64,000 bases of DNA, from the NCBI RefSeq assembly GCF_964355755.1, contig NC_092678.1, forward strand, positions 16,411,881 through 16,475,880, in the 5' to 3' direction. This document shows positions 10,738 through 26,099 of this stretch, in pieces. A model generated the notes under the pieces. The model searched no databases. It was given only the letters and a program-made list of their open reading frames with translations, and was not told the origin of the DNA. This stretch comes from Antedon mediterranea (taxonomy: Eukaryota; Animalia; Echinodermata). The translations under genes were made by a program, and so were the position numbers. The stretch's first letter is position 1. The number at the start of each line of letters is the position of its first letter.

Positions 10738-12556
10738 CTTAGATAGGTAACACACTTTAGCACGAATCAAATAGCAGGTTAAAATATTATGATAAAAGTT
10801 CAAAATTGAAAGCTAGCTTTATATCGATGTTGCGGACCTATACTAAAGCAACCGTATTGTTTCCCAGACCGCCTTTTTGTGTTGCAATATTTACAATGAT
10901 TTTTACAAATATTGTGTTTGTTATTGGCTTAATTGTTGCTAAAATAAACAATTAATATTCATATTTTTTCGTTCTTGTTGAACTACAATAAATTACAATA
11001 TATTCTTTTTATATATCCGAGTTTTTAACCGAATATTCGGCTAGGTTACAAACATATACACAGTCAACATGTAAGTTTGTGTTTTGAAAACCATATTTAT
11101 TTCACAAAATAATGAAATTGGCAAGAAATTAGAAATATTCTTAAATAAAAAATATTAATATAACAAAATCATTATTATATACTTAAATACTGAATAGAAA
11201 TTGAAGAATATATTTCAGTTTTTCTGTTTAGTTTTGAGTCAATAATATCAGTGACTTGAACACAATTGTACTAATCTCAACCACTATATATTTTTGACTA
11301 AATATTATATTCGGGATATTTCTACTGTATTTAATTCGTACAACTTGGGTACCAAATACATTTTCAAACATGTTTGATATACCGAAAGATTGAAACTTCT
11401 TTTTAGTTGCTTTTTTTTATTTAATACTTTATTTTCTTTGAGATCCAATTACTGTCATTTTTTCTCCAGATCGTTGGATTTAATATATGTTAGTCAACAT
11501 TATTCAGTAAGTGGTGTTCTTACAACCAAAAATCTGTTCTGAATACAGTTTTAGGGTTTCGGTTTTTTTTAAATATAAAAAAATAGCATCTAAATGGTTC
11601 GCTAACGTTGAATAAAATAGTTTATTGGTTAGGACATCTATATTTATGTTGTTTGAATATTTTCTCATTCTCGCAGATTTCCTCATCTCTTTATCGTTGA
11701 AATTAATTTATCAAACAATTAATAAAAACAATGTCGATTGATTATATATTTTAAAGTGTAACTTTCACCAGGTTCACCGATACAGTATTTTAGATAAGTT
11801 CAGTGGTTTTTATAAAGACACTTAAATATCATGGAGTTGGTACACATACATAATTCCAGACTCATTAAATAAGTTCAACAGAGTATTTAGTACAATTCCC
11901 TTTAACACATGAGTTGCCATTTAATACCATACTTTTTGGAGGTCTGAAATTTATGAATGATACATTTAACGGAAACTATATTCGTTAAATAAACTATACA
12001 CAAAAATAAAGGATTAAAAATAGATTTTATGGATTAAATCTATTCTTAAAAAATGGGAGCAGACAAAACACATGAAAACAGCAACAAGTTAGAAAATAGG
12101 CAAACTTCAAATCAAACTTGTCATTATTATATAGACAAATCATGGAAAGAGAAATGCCAATGGTAAATCAATGAGGCCGGATAACCTATATTATTGGCTT
12201 ATTGGTGAAAATGTTATAATCTTAAACGCCATGTTTGAAATGTGTATGTATGTTAACTGTAATGATATTTAAAAAGAATAGATAATGAATAATTTCAAAT
12301 AGGATTGTATTTCAAAATATTGTAGATAATAATAAAGTTCTATTTTTTTCTATTTTAATTTATATATAGATATGACAGTAATAACTAATCTTTAGGCTGG
12401 ACTATACAGTACTGTATTTTGCAAATCCAATACTGTAATTACTTTAATAAATTAATAATAAATCACGAAAATGAAAGACAAGCTAATAAAATCTCTTTTG
12501 GGACATGTGGTGGCTCTGAAAAGAGCCGTTTGGTTTGAGATTCAGCAAAATGATGT

Positions 12557-12925
12557 TTACTTGGAGCTGGTGTATTTGGTGACAGCCTTGGTACCCTCAG
12601 AGACAGCATGCTTAGCCAATTCACCAGGAAGCAATAGACGGACAGCGGTCTGGACTTCCCTGCTGGTGATGGTAGATTTCTTGTTGTAGTGAGCAAGACG
12701 AGATGCTTCTCCTGCAATACGTTCGAAGATGTCGTTGACGAAACTGTTCATGATTCCCATGGCTCTGCTGGAGATACCAGTGTCTGGGTGAACTTGCTTC
12801 AACACCTTGTAGATGTAGATGCTGTAGCTTTCCTTTCGCTTACGTTTCCTCTTCTTGTCAGTAGTTCTTACAGCCTTAGCCTTACCGGCTTTCTTGGCAG
12901 CTTTTCCTGAAGTTTTTGGTGGCAT
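12557..12925 (-). CDS. H2B: Histone H2B
   Basis: Canonical [23 protein letters not shown]...KYTSSK; stem-loop at 12512-12527. Confidence 0.99.
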   Translation of the reverse strand: MPPKTSGKAAKKAGKAKAVRTTDKKRKRKRKESYSIYIYKVLKQVHPDTGISSRAMGIMNSFVNDIFERIAGEASRLAHYNKKSTITSREVQTAVRLLLPGELAKHAVSEGTKAVTKYTSSK

Positions 12926-12984
12926 GATTTTAGTAACTACGATACGAGTAAAGTAATCAAGTGAAGATTTTCATATCGCTCAGT

Positions 12985-13055
12985 GTATTTATTGACTTTG
13001 GTATGCAAATGAGGTTTTCCAGTTAGGCTCGCTAGTCGACGGTTTTCATTGGTTG
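12985..13055 (-). promoter_or_regulatory. H2B promoter: TATA-like, octamer and CCAAT
   Basis: CTCATTTGCATAC (octamer 13003-13010), CCAAT near 13050, AATAAATA near 12990. Confidence 0.8.
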
Positions 13056-14108
13056 TTGACTGCGCGCAATTTATTGAATGTACAAAACAAAAGCTTACTT
13101 GTTCTTTGTTAACATTTGGAGGGAAGAAGACAAGTAAAACACCTTATCTTTTTACAGTAATGTATTGAGTATTTGTAATTTTTGTATGTATGCTTCATTT
13201 TGTACCTACCACCAATACAATGGTGTACTTTACGAACACAAAAGGTAGGATAAAAATTGAAAATGTACCTCACAATGTGAACTATTTGGTGTATATTGTA
13301 ATAAATAATCTGATGTCTTGTCCTTACATAACATAAATACAGTAGTTAAGTGGTTTTTCAATATATTAATATAAAATAATATCAAACAATTGAAAAAATA
13401 ATTTTGTTATATACCAAAAAAATGTTTAGTAAATCGTTTTTAATAATGTATGAAAACAACCAGTACATTTATTTTATTCTTATGTGCGTGTTTAATAAAA
13501 TGGTGTGGTACGTCATTCATTTTAAAATAGTCAAAAATGTAATTCTCATCCCGAATACTGTATAGTACGGTACATGTACAAATAATTTCAAGAGGTGGAA
13601 AATGAAAGGTTGTACAGTTACATGTATTATTATTACAGTAGAGCAACAAGGCGAACATCAAACTAAACTTTCTAGAAAGGCCATCAGCCTTCATTGCAAA
13701 GTTCACATTCATGTTGATTCGCTTTAACTGTCTGTAGTACTTTGTGTATTTTAATTATATGTAAACTGACTTTGGGGTTGGGTTAACCAACTCAGCTATA
13801 GAGTGAGTGATTATAGACGGAATAAAAAACTAAATGAAAGTTATAATTTATATAGACAATTCATGAGAAAAAAAATTGCAATTACAGTAGTAAGTATACT
13901 TAATGTATGTACTGTATTTTTACCTGTTTTTCATATTAGATTATAATGTAGGCCTATCAGTTTATATACTAAGCTTGACTTGATGTATATTAAATATTAT
14001 ATGGTAGAGAAACACAACAAATAAAGTAGACAATTGCTAATTTAATCTCTTTTGTACATATTGTGGCTCTGAAAAGAGCCTTTTGGTTTGAGAAAACGGA
14101 GAATTATC

Positions 14109-14528
<420 letters not shown>

Positions 14529-15570
14529 TTAACTAATAAAATTGATATCAAAATTGTTTAAATTCTTGCGTTTATATAAGGACCTATGTTTGCAAGGGTA
14601 ATTAACTACAAGCAATACGATTGGCTAAATGGAAACTTGTGTTTCTTTGTTATATTCAATCAGCAATCAAGTGATTGGCTAAATTTTACTGTTTAGAACA
14701 CGTCCGCAGTTTCGTTTTCAATAATGTGGCGGGGGTTCCACAGATTAACAAAACGAATTCTATTGGTTGAAATCTGTGGCTAAGAACACGTCCGGAGCTC
14801 ACCAAAATATTGCGCCTTTTTTGTTTTTTTTTTGCAGAATTTATTAAACTGCATAATGGCCTTTTAAAGTGTGATTTTATTAATCTTCATTTTTTTATGT
14901 TTTTTGGGGATAAGTTATTTTGTATTTTAGGCCTCTGCTATCTGATAATAATGTAGAAATTAAAAAAAAACCTTTGATATATCCATTTTTCTATTTATTT
15001 TTAAATCAGGCCCATATCTTTTCTTTTTTTATCCAAACAATGATGCATCTCTTTTTATATTTAATTCATTGTTTGTTGCAAACATGTCACTCTTCTTTGT
15101 GTAATCGATTCTGTTTTATGCAACTACAGTATTTATTTCTACAATGTTTACAAAATATGATATAGCCTATACAGGGGTTCATGTGTATAATAATAAGTGT
15201 AAGCATGGATTTAATCCATGGCGTAAGTAATTAGAAACGTGGTTTATTTTGTGTGTTAAAAGTGAACATTTCATACGTACTTTATGTTCTATATAATATG
15301 GAAATATATATCTATCCATTATAATAGTACTGTAAATGATGTTAAGTCGAGGATAATAAATAATACACACTACAAGAAACTTTTTGTCTAATTTGTAGAT
15401 GATGGTGAAAGCAAAATATTGAAATAACCCCAATTTACACATAAATTAGCTTTTTGGTGTTAAGTACCGTGTTGTTATATTGTTACTTTGTGCTAATTCA
15501 ATTTCTTTTGGACAAAATGGTGGCTCTGAAAAGAGCCGTTTGGTTTGAGAATGCGGTAAGCAATACGAAT

Positions 15571-15960
<390 letters not shown>

Positions 15961-16778
15961 CTAATTGTATTTCGGTATACAGTATTCGAAAATAATGAAT
16001 AATGATGATTCAAACAGTACCTGGTGTTTTATAGCCGCTTTTGGTTCGCCCTACGGAAATCTTGTACTGATGTGACCAATCACGGTCGTCCGCGCTGTAG
16101 GCGGTAATCACTTCTATTGTGTAGACGTTCTTTGTTATTTTGGCGCAAATTTACAAAATCTCACAACGGTTATATATCACAGGTATATTTTTTTCAATTT
16201 TATACATAAAAAATACATTCATGAAATTTAGCAGCAGGAAAAAGGTAACATTTTTCAACAGAATTGCACAGAAAAGGATTACAATAAAACAATAATAAAT
16301 AAATAACATATTAGAAATGTCATGACAACGGTTAAATTCGAATTCATACTAAATCTTATAGTCTGTAAATTTGAAAAACAATGCACAGTAAATACATTTA
16401 TAAAACAAGTTTTTCATAAATGTAATATCTAAGACCAGTTAAATCCAAAATTCAACCTGATGTCACTATACCAAAGTAAATAATTCTATTACAAAGTACC
16501 TGTTCGATTTTATGCTCATATAAATAATGATTAACCTGGGTAATAAATATGAACTATCCCCCACTGAAACAATTACAAGCATGTACTTCTTTAATGAACA
16601 TTTGGTAAACACCATGCATAGGTTCTTATAAATGTCTTATATTAAATAACATTGTAAAAGAGTCCAAATTGTATCTGTTATACATTAACAATATTATATA
16701 GGCCAATGTGAACATGAGCATCATGATGTAATTATATTGTTAAATATGTTTTCTGATACTCAGAAAATTTAATTAATA

Positions 16779-18933
16779 CAGGGCTGCAAATTAACTTTTT
16801 TACTTGGTAGCACTATCAAATTTGTATGATGGCTCATAATAATTTTTGGTAGCACCACCAATTTTTTTAGTAGCACCTTTTCATCGACAACAACCTTCCC
16901 TCAAACCCCATCCGCGCAGATCCGTTTTTAGTTTAGTTGGGGGGGGGGGGGAGGTATACAAATAAAGCCCCCCCCCCCCCGCGCTTGGGGGGGGGGGATT
17001 TTTAAGTAATTATAGGTTGTTTCAATCGATTTCTGAGCACATAGATTGGGTTATGCACATTTTAGGCACTGGTCCTGATGCGCCACTTATATTCACGCAA
17101 GATTTATTCTTTTTACGGTACGGAAAGAAATTACTGCTTTGTATATACGCGTAACCTTTCGTAGCCTACGCGTAAATAGACCGTAGGTCATTGTTCTCTA
17201 AACGTATCCTGCAATTTACAAAGTATTGTTCGTTGCCTACGATGTATTGTTTATGATAATATCTACGCGTCGATACACCAATTAAATGTCATCGCCTTTA
17301 GGAGCATGAACAATGGAAACAAACATGTATTTGTTGGCTAATTAAAATCCTAGTAGAAGACGTTAATTTTTGTAGCCGCCCTACACATCGGTTGTCCTAA
17401 TTTGGCAGGACATCCGCCGACGAGACGACATCGGGCCCGAGGCCCTCAACTCACGCAGAGAGAGTTTCGGCGGCCTACATGATTCAATCCGACCATTCAA
17501 TCCTACCTTGGTTTAGCGAATTATAAAAACAACAACACCTTGGCTAGGACGCAAACAAAATATATGCAAAATAAATATATATTCCATGTTAAGATTTAAC
17601 ATAGGCCTTTGTAAATTATTATTACGATAAAAGGCCCGACCAGAATTTGGAGGGGAAAAACGTGCGAATCGTGGGAACAGTTTATAGAGCTGTATTACGT
17701 TTCACGTGACGCAAAATTCAGGTACTCTGTTTTGTAGCCACGTGGTAAAACAGAGTATCGCGTTTCATGACATGTGACCAAAAAACTAGGTCTGTATTAA
17801 TTACGATCTTCTGTCGGCAGTCTTTTTGAGCGACCGATTGAACGTTCTGATACTATATTTAGAATGAATTGTTTACGATCTTTTTGTTTGCATGTTTTTG
17901 GATCGACTGGACGTTCGCTATATTATTTTTTATTAGTTGGCATAGTTCATTGTGTTGGATCGTGTCTCGTATACGTTTACATTGTAGGAAATTTATATTC
18001 ACCGTTGTTGAGAGTAAAAAAACACACACAAATGAAACATTTACGAATAAAAAATATTATATTATATATTTCTTAGTAATGTACAAATTGGTCCTCCTCC
18101 GCCAGTCAAAATTAACACATTAAATAATAGTTTTCACACCTTGTTACTTACTATAGAACATCGTGAGGTTGTTTATTGAGGTTACTAACGAAGCCAAACA
18201 ATGTAACCTACAAAGCCAACAACGTAGCCTGTTTTATCTACGAAGCTACTTCGTAGGAAAAGCTGCGGTATTTTCTCTGATATATCATTTTCGATAATCA
18301 GAATCTGGAATAAAGTATTAAATCTACTGATAAACAATACTGCTGTTTAATCTATATAATGAATAGATATTATTATATATATCATTAATTACATTATTTA
18401 GTAATCATGATATAACCATTATACTGCCTAAAAAATGCTGATGGCTGCGCGGCGACAATCCTTAGTATCTGCCGCGCCCGCCCTGGCTAACTTCTGTGTA
18501 CGGCGGTACAATTGTTTTTTTATATTCCTTCTTTAAAACGGAGGTGATTTTTCCACGAGGTTTGTGTCGTCCGCGCGTCACACTGTGCTGTGTATTTGGT
18601 GTCCTTTTGTGTGATTGGGTAAGGCAGCATACAATAAATGGACGAACTTCCAATCACAACGAGTGTAAAATGTTTAGGGGCTTTGTACGCTTGAATGAAC
18701 CTGACTCCTTTGCGGCGGCGGTGACTAGTGGAAACTCCTGAGCCTTCCGTAGAGTAGAGAGAGATTAAATTACAACACAGTTAAATAGGGAAAACACACC
18801 TGACTTCAATTTGAAACAACTCGCACAAGCAGACGATCTTGTCGCGCTATGCGCGACCTATTCTGTTGCTTTAGTCGCAAACAGAAAAATTAGGTCGCAA
18901 ATGCGACCAAATACCCCTTAATTTGCAGCCCTG
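16779..18933. mobile_element. Non-autonomous hAT-like element with 5-bp TSD (hAT5-like)
   Basis: Perfect 16-bp TIR CAGGGCTGCAAATTAA; TAATA on both flanks (16774-16778, 18934-18938); subterminal GTAGCAC and GTCGC repeats. Confidence 0.75.
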
Positions 18934-19424
18934 TAATAAAAAAAGATAAATTAATCCTATTTTTGTTATAATTACAGTAACAACTGTATAGTGAACATGA
19001 GAATCATGACGTAGTATCTGCCTCCTCAGACCTCTGGTCAAGGTGGGCACTGGACGACAGAAGCCCTTCATCAATGTTAGGACCAATCAAGGTGCTTTAA
19101 AATCTCTTTTGTACATGTGGTGGCTCTGAAAAGACAACAAATGTTGATATAGTTTGCGGTCGACAACCACGTTTATGTAGACTTTGATCGTTCTCTCAGG
19201 AGTGAGAATGGTGTAGATTTGGAATTTTGTACTTAAAATACAATAACCTGGTATTTCTAATGACATTCTTAAATTTATTTATTCCTCGTATAGTGGATAG
19301 CAATATATATACACTTGTATATTGTAGTGTACATACTATAAATAAACAGACATATTAGCAAACAAATCTCTTTTGTACATGTGGTGGCTCTGAAAAGAGC
19401 CGTTTGGTTTGAAATTGAAACTGC

Positions 19425-20714
<1,290 letters not shown>

Positions 20715-23700
20715 TTATTTTCTTCGAAGACAAATTCGAAATTATGTTAACCGATTCAGAAATAGACGTACTTATAGAGCAAATGCGGACGTGAATTTGG
20801 ACTGCTCTACTTGACCTTTGTACCGAAACTCAAATAGCCTTTGTATTTAGTTTTGGTGGGAAATACAATAACACTGTACTTTCTCGTTATCTTTTTTCAT
20901 CTACGTAAAGTAAACGGAAAGCAGTTGTTTGTATTGAATTTTGGTGGGAAATACAAGGCGTTTTTTTTTGACAGGCAATTCATATTCAGCATCTCTTTCT
21001 TCTTTATAATTATTTCCTCGAAACAACAAACCTTTTATCAAATTAATAGTTTTGATATTAAATTCGATATTTAAAGCCTTGTGAATGTTATACTTTTTTT
21101 AAGCAATAGGTTTGCCGATAATTCTTAATAATTATCCAAATAGCATGTCTACAGTTTATCCTACTGAAAATGTTTATCTACTAGCTAGTTGCTAAATCTG
21201 CCAGTCTTAATTTAATCAGACTCAGAGGAGTTCATCTTTTCAGGAGCTTTCTGGGTTATTGGAGATAATGGTGATTTGAGGTTTTGAAGATGTGCATAAC
21301 ATGATAAATAAATACTGTAATACTTTAAAAAGGGGCTGCATATTCAAAAGCTCCTAGTGGATGCAGCTATGTATCATATAATGATGACACGAGATGAAGA
21401 TCATATTATTATGATGTATCATTTTGTCTTTAGATATAGACACAGTATAGAACAATTGATCATGGCCAATATGCCTGAACGATAAATTTCCACTAGTACA
21501 GGAAAAATATGGTTGAAAAAATTGCAACATAATTTATTTCACTACAATGCATATATGATTATATTAAAAGTCTAGAAAATCCAGGTAGGGGAAATAGGTT
21601 TTTAAAATAAAATGGCGAAAATGTCTAAAAATTGACCAAAAAAACATAAATAGTAGATCTAATTACCACTTTATAGCAGTTTTTACAATGCTTTTTATAT
21701 TTCTGTCAATAGTGTCAAACATTTCAAATGCAATATACATATTAATTTTATTAGAAAATGGCAGCAAAAAAAACACACATTTAAGTATCAAGATATCACC
21801 ACAGTTATAATAATAGACAACATACTCCAGTGCATTAAAATGCATAGGACTACATTTGTACTGTCATAACATAGAATACAATATTACAATCTTTTAATTC
21901 ATTCACTTTCATTAATATCAGGTTACCATTCCCCCGCGCCCCCACCATCTATAGTTAGGAATTGATCATGTGCTGATACCTTGACCTTACTGGTGGTAAA
22001 TTTGTCATGATGATTTACTCTCATTGCCTTACCCAAGGGTTCCAAATGATCAGCAATTGCTGGACCGATCACCCTCATAAAATATGGTTAAAAAAACTTC
22101 AATTTATGTATTTAGATTTCCTGTCCCTCAAAACATACACTTTGCCACCAAAAAAATCACTTCCATACACAATCTAGAAGCTGAGGTATTTATACTACAG
22201 AATCAAAGAGTGTATTTTATTTATTTAATCTAAATTGTATATTTTTAAAATGTAAATATTAGAATATATAATTATGTTTATCAAAGAAATGGTACATCTT
22301 TTAGATTGTTTAATATTGGAAGCAATTAATGCAATTGATGTTGTATATTTTTATCAATATAATAATTTTATTTATAATATAAATAGAATCGCTTCCGAAT
22401 ATCTCACAAACTCAGTTTCAATGAAACAATGCATGAATCAAACATTTGATTTCGACAAAATAAATACGTTGAACCGTGGAGGAAATAATTATATAGAAGA
22501 AAAAGATGCTGAATCTGAATTGCCTGTCAGAAAAACTACCTTGTATTAATTCCCACCAAAATTCAATACAAAAACAACTGCTTTCCGTTTACATAGATTG
22601 CAAAAAAGATAAAAAGAAAGTACAGTGTTATTGTATTTCCCACCAACATTACGCGGACCAGGCTACTTTAGCGTTACGTTTGGCATCCACTGAATCAGTG
22701 GATGACCTATCCCCTCAACATGTCAATTGTGGTATAAGTTGACAGGAATAATACTCTGTGGTGTAATAAAGATGCCAGCGTGTTTATTTAAGACTGCAAG
22801 TGTTAAGAATAACTTGCTGTCCATTTTCAACTTCCTCTTACCAATGACCAATAGCAAACAGGCACTGCTTGTCAATCAGGTCCTCACTGACTGGGTATTA
22901 ACCAATCAATTTACTATTAGATAGGTCACTGATTTTATAAAATAGTTTGCAAGAAATTTGATTTCTGACCTTATACACCAATAAATACTTTAGTGGTTGT
23001 TTATAATAATAATCTAAATATTTCTCAATGCTGCTTTATGCAAAGCAATTTAACTAGAACTACAGACACATTAAATAAATACTTTTAAACATGAACAATA
23101 GTTTTGTTAGGGAATTGGGATGGCCGTGTGATATTCAATTTATTAAATTTAATGGGAAAGTATATATCTTTCACAAAATTTCGTATGTCATCAGGCAGCG
23201 TTTTAAAGGCTGGAAGCCCTTTGAATTGATCGATTTTGGGAACAAAATGGATTGATAGACAATCATGAGTACTTCCGAACAGTGCTATAAATGTATCACG
23301 AAAGCATATTAGTGTTTCATGTTTTATTCACCTGTTGTTGGGTGGTGGACATCTTGTAGACAATGTACAGCAGCAACAAACATACATAATTGATACAAAT
23401 AAACACAATTTAAATTTGATAACTCTACGCGATTTTATACGAGATAAATGCGTAGACTCGGTCATCAATGACCGTCTACTTGATAATATAAACGACGAGC
23501 CCGCGGAAGAAAATGTAGCATACAACAGAACTATTAGAAAGAATTAATCGCAAAAGGGTTAGGCCTAAGCCAGATATACCACGGAGTTCAAATATCCCCC
23601 GCCATTCCTCTTGATGGATTGAGGCGGCAGGCATCAAAGCGATTTTAAAATTGAATGGAAGCGCATCGAAAATAAATAAAAGATCTTTCTCGGAAGATTC

Positions 23701-23894
23701 ATTGTGGAGGAAAATCTGACTTGCTGCATGCGTTTGCATGGTAGGTAGAAATCAACGTGCCGATAAAAATAAAATAATTAACAAATTCTTATCAGATAGA
23801 TCTACGTAAACGTGTGAAGTAGGACTAAAGAGGTCTTATTTACAGTATATCAGTAGGCCTAATATATATTCGTATAAAATATCCTAATTTCCAC

Positions 23895-24412
23895 AACTCA
23901 GGATTATGTCCATAATGATATCAATAGTAAGAATCTGTTATAGGCCTATGCGTAATTTTTTTTTTATTAAGCCACTAATTTTTCATTATCATACATTAAA
24001 TTCAATTATACCATACACAATTCAGTGATTATTTTACAGTTATTTTCTCATTTTCCCAATTGTCTTTTCTCTTACAGGTAATAACGTGGTACGTGCTTCA
24101 TGATTGATGGTAAAATTAATTTATACCTGTAACAATAGATTATGGCAAGGCGTTTCGGACCGGACGGAGTCGGAGGAGAAGATTAGGTGGAAGAAATGCT
24201 TTCCATGGACTGCACCAGAAGTAATTTCTGGTGTCGAAGTACCATCAGAGCACAGCGCTATTTACGCGTTTGGATACATGTTGAGCCGCATATTACAAAG
24301 CGAACAACATAAGAATACGGGAAACTGGCGAGATATGCATGCGGCGGCCGTCACCTGCAGAGCTAGCTTGACCACCACCACCTTTTATGTAATAACGTTA
24401 GATCATGAATAA
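23895..24412 (+). pseudogene. Degenerate protein kinase fragment with a probable intron
   Basis: YVHNDIN, GTAAG..TTACAG intron (~23926-24078), NNVV, IDYGKA, WTAPEV, AIYAFG; contains a stop and frameshifts. Confidence 0.6.
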
Positions 24413-24419
24413 TTAAAAA

Positions 24420-25048
24420 TTGAATGAACCCACACAAGAAAAAAAAAGTTAAATGAAACTTTGATGGGTTATACTGTAGATGCAAAAAAGGATAATCTGT
24501 TGGAAATAAATTTTGTAAACATTTAAAGATCAAAAAAATCAATGTTAAAGGATGAGGAAAATATAATGTTAACAGTAAAAAGTTAGTAAATGTTTGCATA
24601 GATAAATCCAAAGAAAAATAAAATGGGACAAACCCATGGGATGGATTTAGTAAACATAAACGTATTATAATTGTATGAAATAAATATGCATGTAGATGAA
24701 AAAAAAACAACTATGTAAGAAAAAATAAGCTTTGTTAATGAAAATGTGTAATAGATAATATGTATAAAAAGAGGAAACTATGTAATCAATGTGGTTAAAT
24801 GATAATGTATGTATAAACAAAATGATATATGGAAATAGTTTTTTTAAAGAAAATAAGTAAAAAAAAAAAGTGGAATGAATCCACATAAGAGAAGAAAGTA
24901 AAAAAGTTAAATGAAAATTTAAGAAGTTATAGTGCAAAAAAAGGATAATCTGCTGGAAATAAAAGTTTTGTAAACATTAAAGAACAAAAATATTAATATT
25001 AATGTTAAAGGATGAGAACAATATCATGTTAACAGTAAACATTTAGTA
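24420..25048 (+). repeat. Imperfect direct duplication (~170 bp)
   Basis: 24420-24590 resembles 24870-25048 (AAAGTTAAATGAAA...GGATAATCTG...AATGTTAAAGGATGAG...GTTAACAGTAAA). Confidence 0.7.
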
Positions 25049-25419
25049 AGTAATGAGTATAACAGAGAATATGCATAAATTGTAGCTTTGTTTTCTTTTA
25101 TTTATTATTAGTTTATGTATATATATATATATTTTTTTTCGTATTCGTATTTAATGTTATATTTCGTGGTGGGTCAAACTTACTGACTGACTTATTATGA
25201 CTCTCTCCTCACGTGATTACTTCATTGCATTTATTATCCTGTATGTATGTTATTATATTGAGGAAATAAAATTAAATTGAAAATGAAATTATATTTATTT
25301 GCAATTATCACGTATTTTGTTCTATTTTACATTGTATAAAATTGTTATAAAACGATGACAACATTACAAAAACAGTTTCTGGGTACAACACTTGTAAAAA
25401 AAAAATTGTTTTGTACAAA

Positions 25420-26096
25420 AACATTGACTGGGTACAAAAACGGTGGCAGGGTATAAAAACAGTGGCAGGGTACAAAAACAGTGGCAGAGTACACAAACAG
25501 CGACAGGGTACAAAAACGGTGGCAGGGTACAAAATCGATGGCAGCTGGGTACAAAAACAGTAGCAGGGTACAAAAACAGTAGCAGGGTACAAAAACAGTG
25601 GCAGGGTACAAAAACGGTGACAGGGTAAAAAATAGATGGCAGCTGGGTACAAAAACAGTAACAGGGTACAAAAACAGTGACAGGGTACAAAAACGGTGGC
25701 AGGGTACAAAAACGATGGCAGATGGGTACAAAAACAGTGGCAGGGTACAAAAATAGTGGAAGGGTACAAAAATGGTGGCAGGGTACAAAAACGGTGGCAG
25801 GGTACAAAAACGATGGCAGCTGGGTACAAAAAAAGTGGCAGGGTACAAAAACAGTGGCAGGGTACAAAAACAGTGGCAGGGTACAACATCGATGGCAGTT
25901 GAGTACAAAAAAATGAGCAGGGTACAAAAACAGTGGAGGGTACAAAAACGGTGGCAGGGTACAAAAACAGTGGAGGGTACAAAAACGGTGACAGGGTACA
26001 AAATAGATGGCAGCTGGGTACAAAAACAGTAACAGGGTACAAAAACAGTGACAGGGTACAAAAACGGTGGCAGGGTACAAAAATGATGGCAGATGA
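25420..26096 (+). repeat. Minisatellite, 17-23 bp unit GGGTACAAAAAC(A/G)GTGGCA
   Basis: More than 30 imperfect units; explains the repetitive ORFs in all frames. Confidence 0.95.
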
Positions 26097-26099
26097 GTT

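Noticed and set aside
10738-10803. 22-aa N-terminal extension of H1
   Set aside because: Starts at a non-ATG codon just below the TATA box; the ATG at 10737 gives a normal H1.
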